Shown: positions 62,109 to 64,000 of the stretch, in pieces
Layout: every line of letters starts with the position of its first letter
Numbering within the stretch: the first letter of the stretch is position 1
NCBI GenBank assembly: GCA_963815625.1
Contig: CAWFHG010000004.1
Coordinates: 14,667-78,666, forward strand
Source of the DNA: an uncultured Methanomicrobiales archaeon
Lineage (GTDB): Archaea; Halobacteriota; Methanomicrobia; Methanomicrobiales; Methanospirillaceae
Length of the DNA stretch: 64,000 nt
Direction: 5' to 3'
Position numbers and translations under genes: made by a program
Notes under the pieces: model-generated
What the model was told of the DNA's origin: nothing
The model's database searches: none
Seen by the model: the letters and a program-made list of their open reading frames with translations, nothing else

Positions 62109-62670
62109 TTCCTTTTCCAGCGACCCATACCCAGATATTGTAGTTTTTAGGATTGTTGATGTTCTGATGAAACCAATGAATAATCAATAAACCGGGGATG
62201 GTCATTTCCGAAGAAAAATAAGACAGCCTCGCGTTGGACCTCAGCTTTCTGCAATTCTCTTAAAAAACTTATAGAAAACCAGGCCATTGTTTAAAACCTG
62301 CAGTTTAAAAAAAGCCGCGTATAAAACCAGGAGAGGTTTCACCCCTTCCTGAATTCATATATTAATGATAAAACTTTTGGATCCAAAGTTCAACAGTTTA
62401 TCTCCCGAAAATTTTGGAGATCGCAAAGACTGTCCCCAACCCTGTCGTGGTTGGCAATGTGGCCTGGGCGGGGCCTGGAGACCATGATCAGATTTTGGAA
62501 TAGATTGAGCTTCGAAATAGATTTCAGAGCATTTCAATAAAAGCCAAGAATCTGTAAATACTGTATTTTGGGGTGGCAGGCTATTATGCAGATTTTTAAA
62601 ATTCGATCCATCTCAGATCAGGATTAGAATTCTTAAACTATTTACAAGGACTGTTACATCATAAAAAAAT

Positions 62671-63847
62671 TTACGCAAGTTCATCCCAGTCATTCTGCCT
62701 GCGTCGATAAATTATGATGCCGATTACGACGACAACCGCAATAACGGCAATTATGGCGATATAGATGAGGATGCCGGCCAGCCCGCTTGCTGCACCTCCA
62801 AAGATACCACCGATCCCTTTCGTTACGGAATCCATCGGATTGGCCTCACCAATATCTTTTCTTAATGCAAGGGCCGCATTATAACTCTCTGTTGCCATGT
62901 CTGATGACTGTAATGCCTTATCCTTTGCACCGGAAAAATCGTTTTTCGGCAGTAGGTCGTTTGCTTCCGATAACAGATCTGCAGCCCGGTCCCGTTTTTG
63001 AATGATAGATGCAAGCCGGGGATCATTTCCCATACTCCGATTAACTTTGAAATACGTAATGAGGTCATCTGTCTGGTCAATTGGTGTTTGCGCTGCGTTA
63101 ATGACCTGTTGCGCTATTGACCTGTCCAAAGCAGTCTGACCATCTTTTAACAATACCTGTGCATTATTCAGGTAGGTTTGTGCTGCTGCAAACGAGGAGG
63201 CTTTATCGGCATTCTGGATTGCCGTGTTAGCGGCGGAATACTTCTCCATTGCGGCTGTTGTATCGATCCCAGCCTGGGCCTTTTCATCGATTAACGCCCG
63301 GAATGTCGTGAGGGAAGTTTTTACATCGGATACTGCCTTGGCTTTGTCCCCTGGATTTATTATGTAACGCTCCTTGATCACTTCACTGCCGGCAACTGCC
63401 TCAGACTTGCTACTCAGTTCGGCAACACGGAGTAATGGTCTTATTCCCTGACGCCGTTACTGTTGGGACTTCCCCATTCAGGGTGACACGCATGGACAAT
63501 TCCCTTTTTGAAGGGTACGAAAGGACCCACCCATTAATGTTTAAATTTCGTCCATTTGCAGTAACAGCAGGGTTTGGATTACCATCGAGTGATGTGATAT
63601 ACGACCACTGACCGTTTTCCAGATCAGTTGACATCGTAAGCGTTTCCTCGCTGGGGAATGTTTCTCCGCCTGACGAAGTAAAATCGATAACAAAAGACAC
63701 AGTAACAGGATTCGGCGGGGTCTGGCCCGAAACGAGATCCCCGGTCGGGGTTATGGCAATGTTTTTTACACTTATCGAGGCAGATGCAGCGGTGATTCCT
63801 GCAATAAGAATTATCAGGATTATAAGGCTTGTCTTCAATGTACTCAT
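62671..63847 (-). CDS. membrane-anchored extracellular protein (hypothetical; frameshift near 63430)
   Basis: ORF 63410..63847 has a signal peptide and a beta-rich domain. ORF 62671..63381 has a helical domain and a C-terminal TM anchor. They join through LLRVAELSSKSEAVAGSEVIKERY in a third reading. Confidence 0.55.
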
Positions 63848-63863
63848 ATAATACGGCCCTCAC

Positions 63864-64000
63864 TCAAACAGGGGTTCAATTGACTCCTGTTCGAACATTG
63901 TTGATTTTTGACCTCTGTCAGGCTTGTACACGTCATCTTTTGTCTCTTTGGCAATTTCAAGGAGTTCCCTGATACGTGGTGCGTTCCCGATACTCGCAAG
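63864..64000 (-). CDS. 3-prime end of an unidentified gene (partial at window edge)
   Basis: Open frame from the window edge to a stop at 63864-63866 (…ELLEIAKETKDDVYKPDRGQKSTMFEQESIEPLFE). Confidence 0.3.

Overview
This looks like a chromosomal segment of a methanogenic euryarchaeon. Gene content and order resemble Methanomicrobiales, but that is inference only. I count about 60 protein genes and two tRNAs.

Left part (to about 20 kb): the conserved archaeal L44e-S27e-aIF2alpha-Nop10-PAC2 string, a secreted lamin-tail-domain protein, EndoQ, ferredoxin plus geranylgeranyl reductase, RNase HII, a site-2 protease, tRNA-Pro, a RecJ/Cdc45-like DHH nuclease, RNase Z and ThiC.

Middle (20-33.6 kb): ADP-forming acetyl-CoA synthetase, an archaeal-type phosphoribulokinase, CDC48 plus an Hsp20-like protein, three consecutive FBP enzymes (class 1 FBPase, class II aldolase, bifunctional FBP aldolase/phosphatase), an Sm protein and tRNA-Gln.

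33.6-40.2 kb: a visibly AT-richer, gene-poor island next to tRNA-Gln. It holds a tyrosine recombinase, a decayed IS4/IS5-type transposase and ORF fragments. A 21-bp inverted repeat (one mismatch) brackets most of it.

Right part: GlmM, acylphosphatase, a stand-alone Cas1-like gene with no cas2 or CRISPR array in the window, two PaaK-type ligases plus an ACT protein, an Hps-RraA fusion, TraB, GuaA subunit A, CobT-like/CobZ/CobS, a small Dsr-like protein, EF-1alpha, S10, a large membrane glycosyltransferase-like protein and surface proteins.

At least 25 single-nucleotide frameshifts interrupt otherwise conserved genes, including tuf, thiC, glmM and rnhB. The supplied ORF track therefore splits many genes. 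Coordinates below are reconstructed gene spans, with approximate frameshift positions noted. All family assignments come from reading the translations; no database search was possible.
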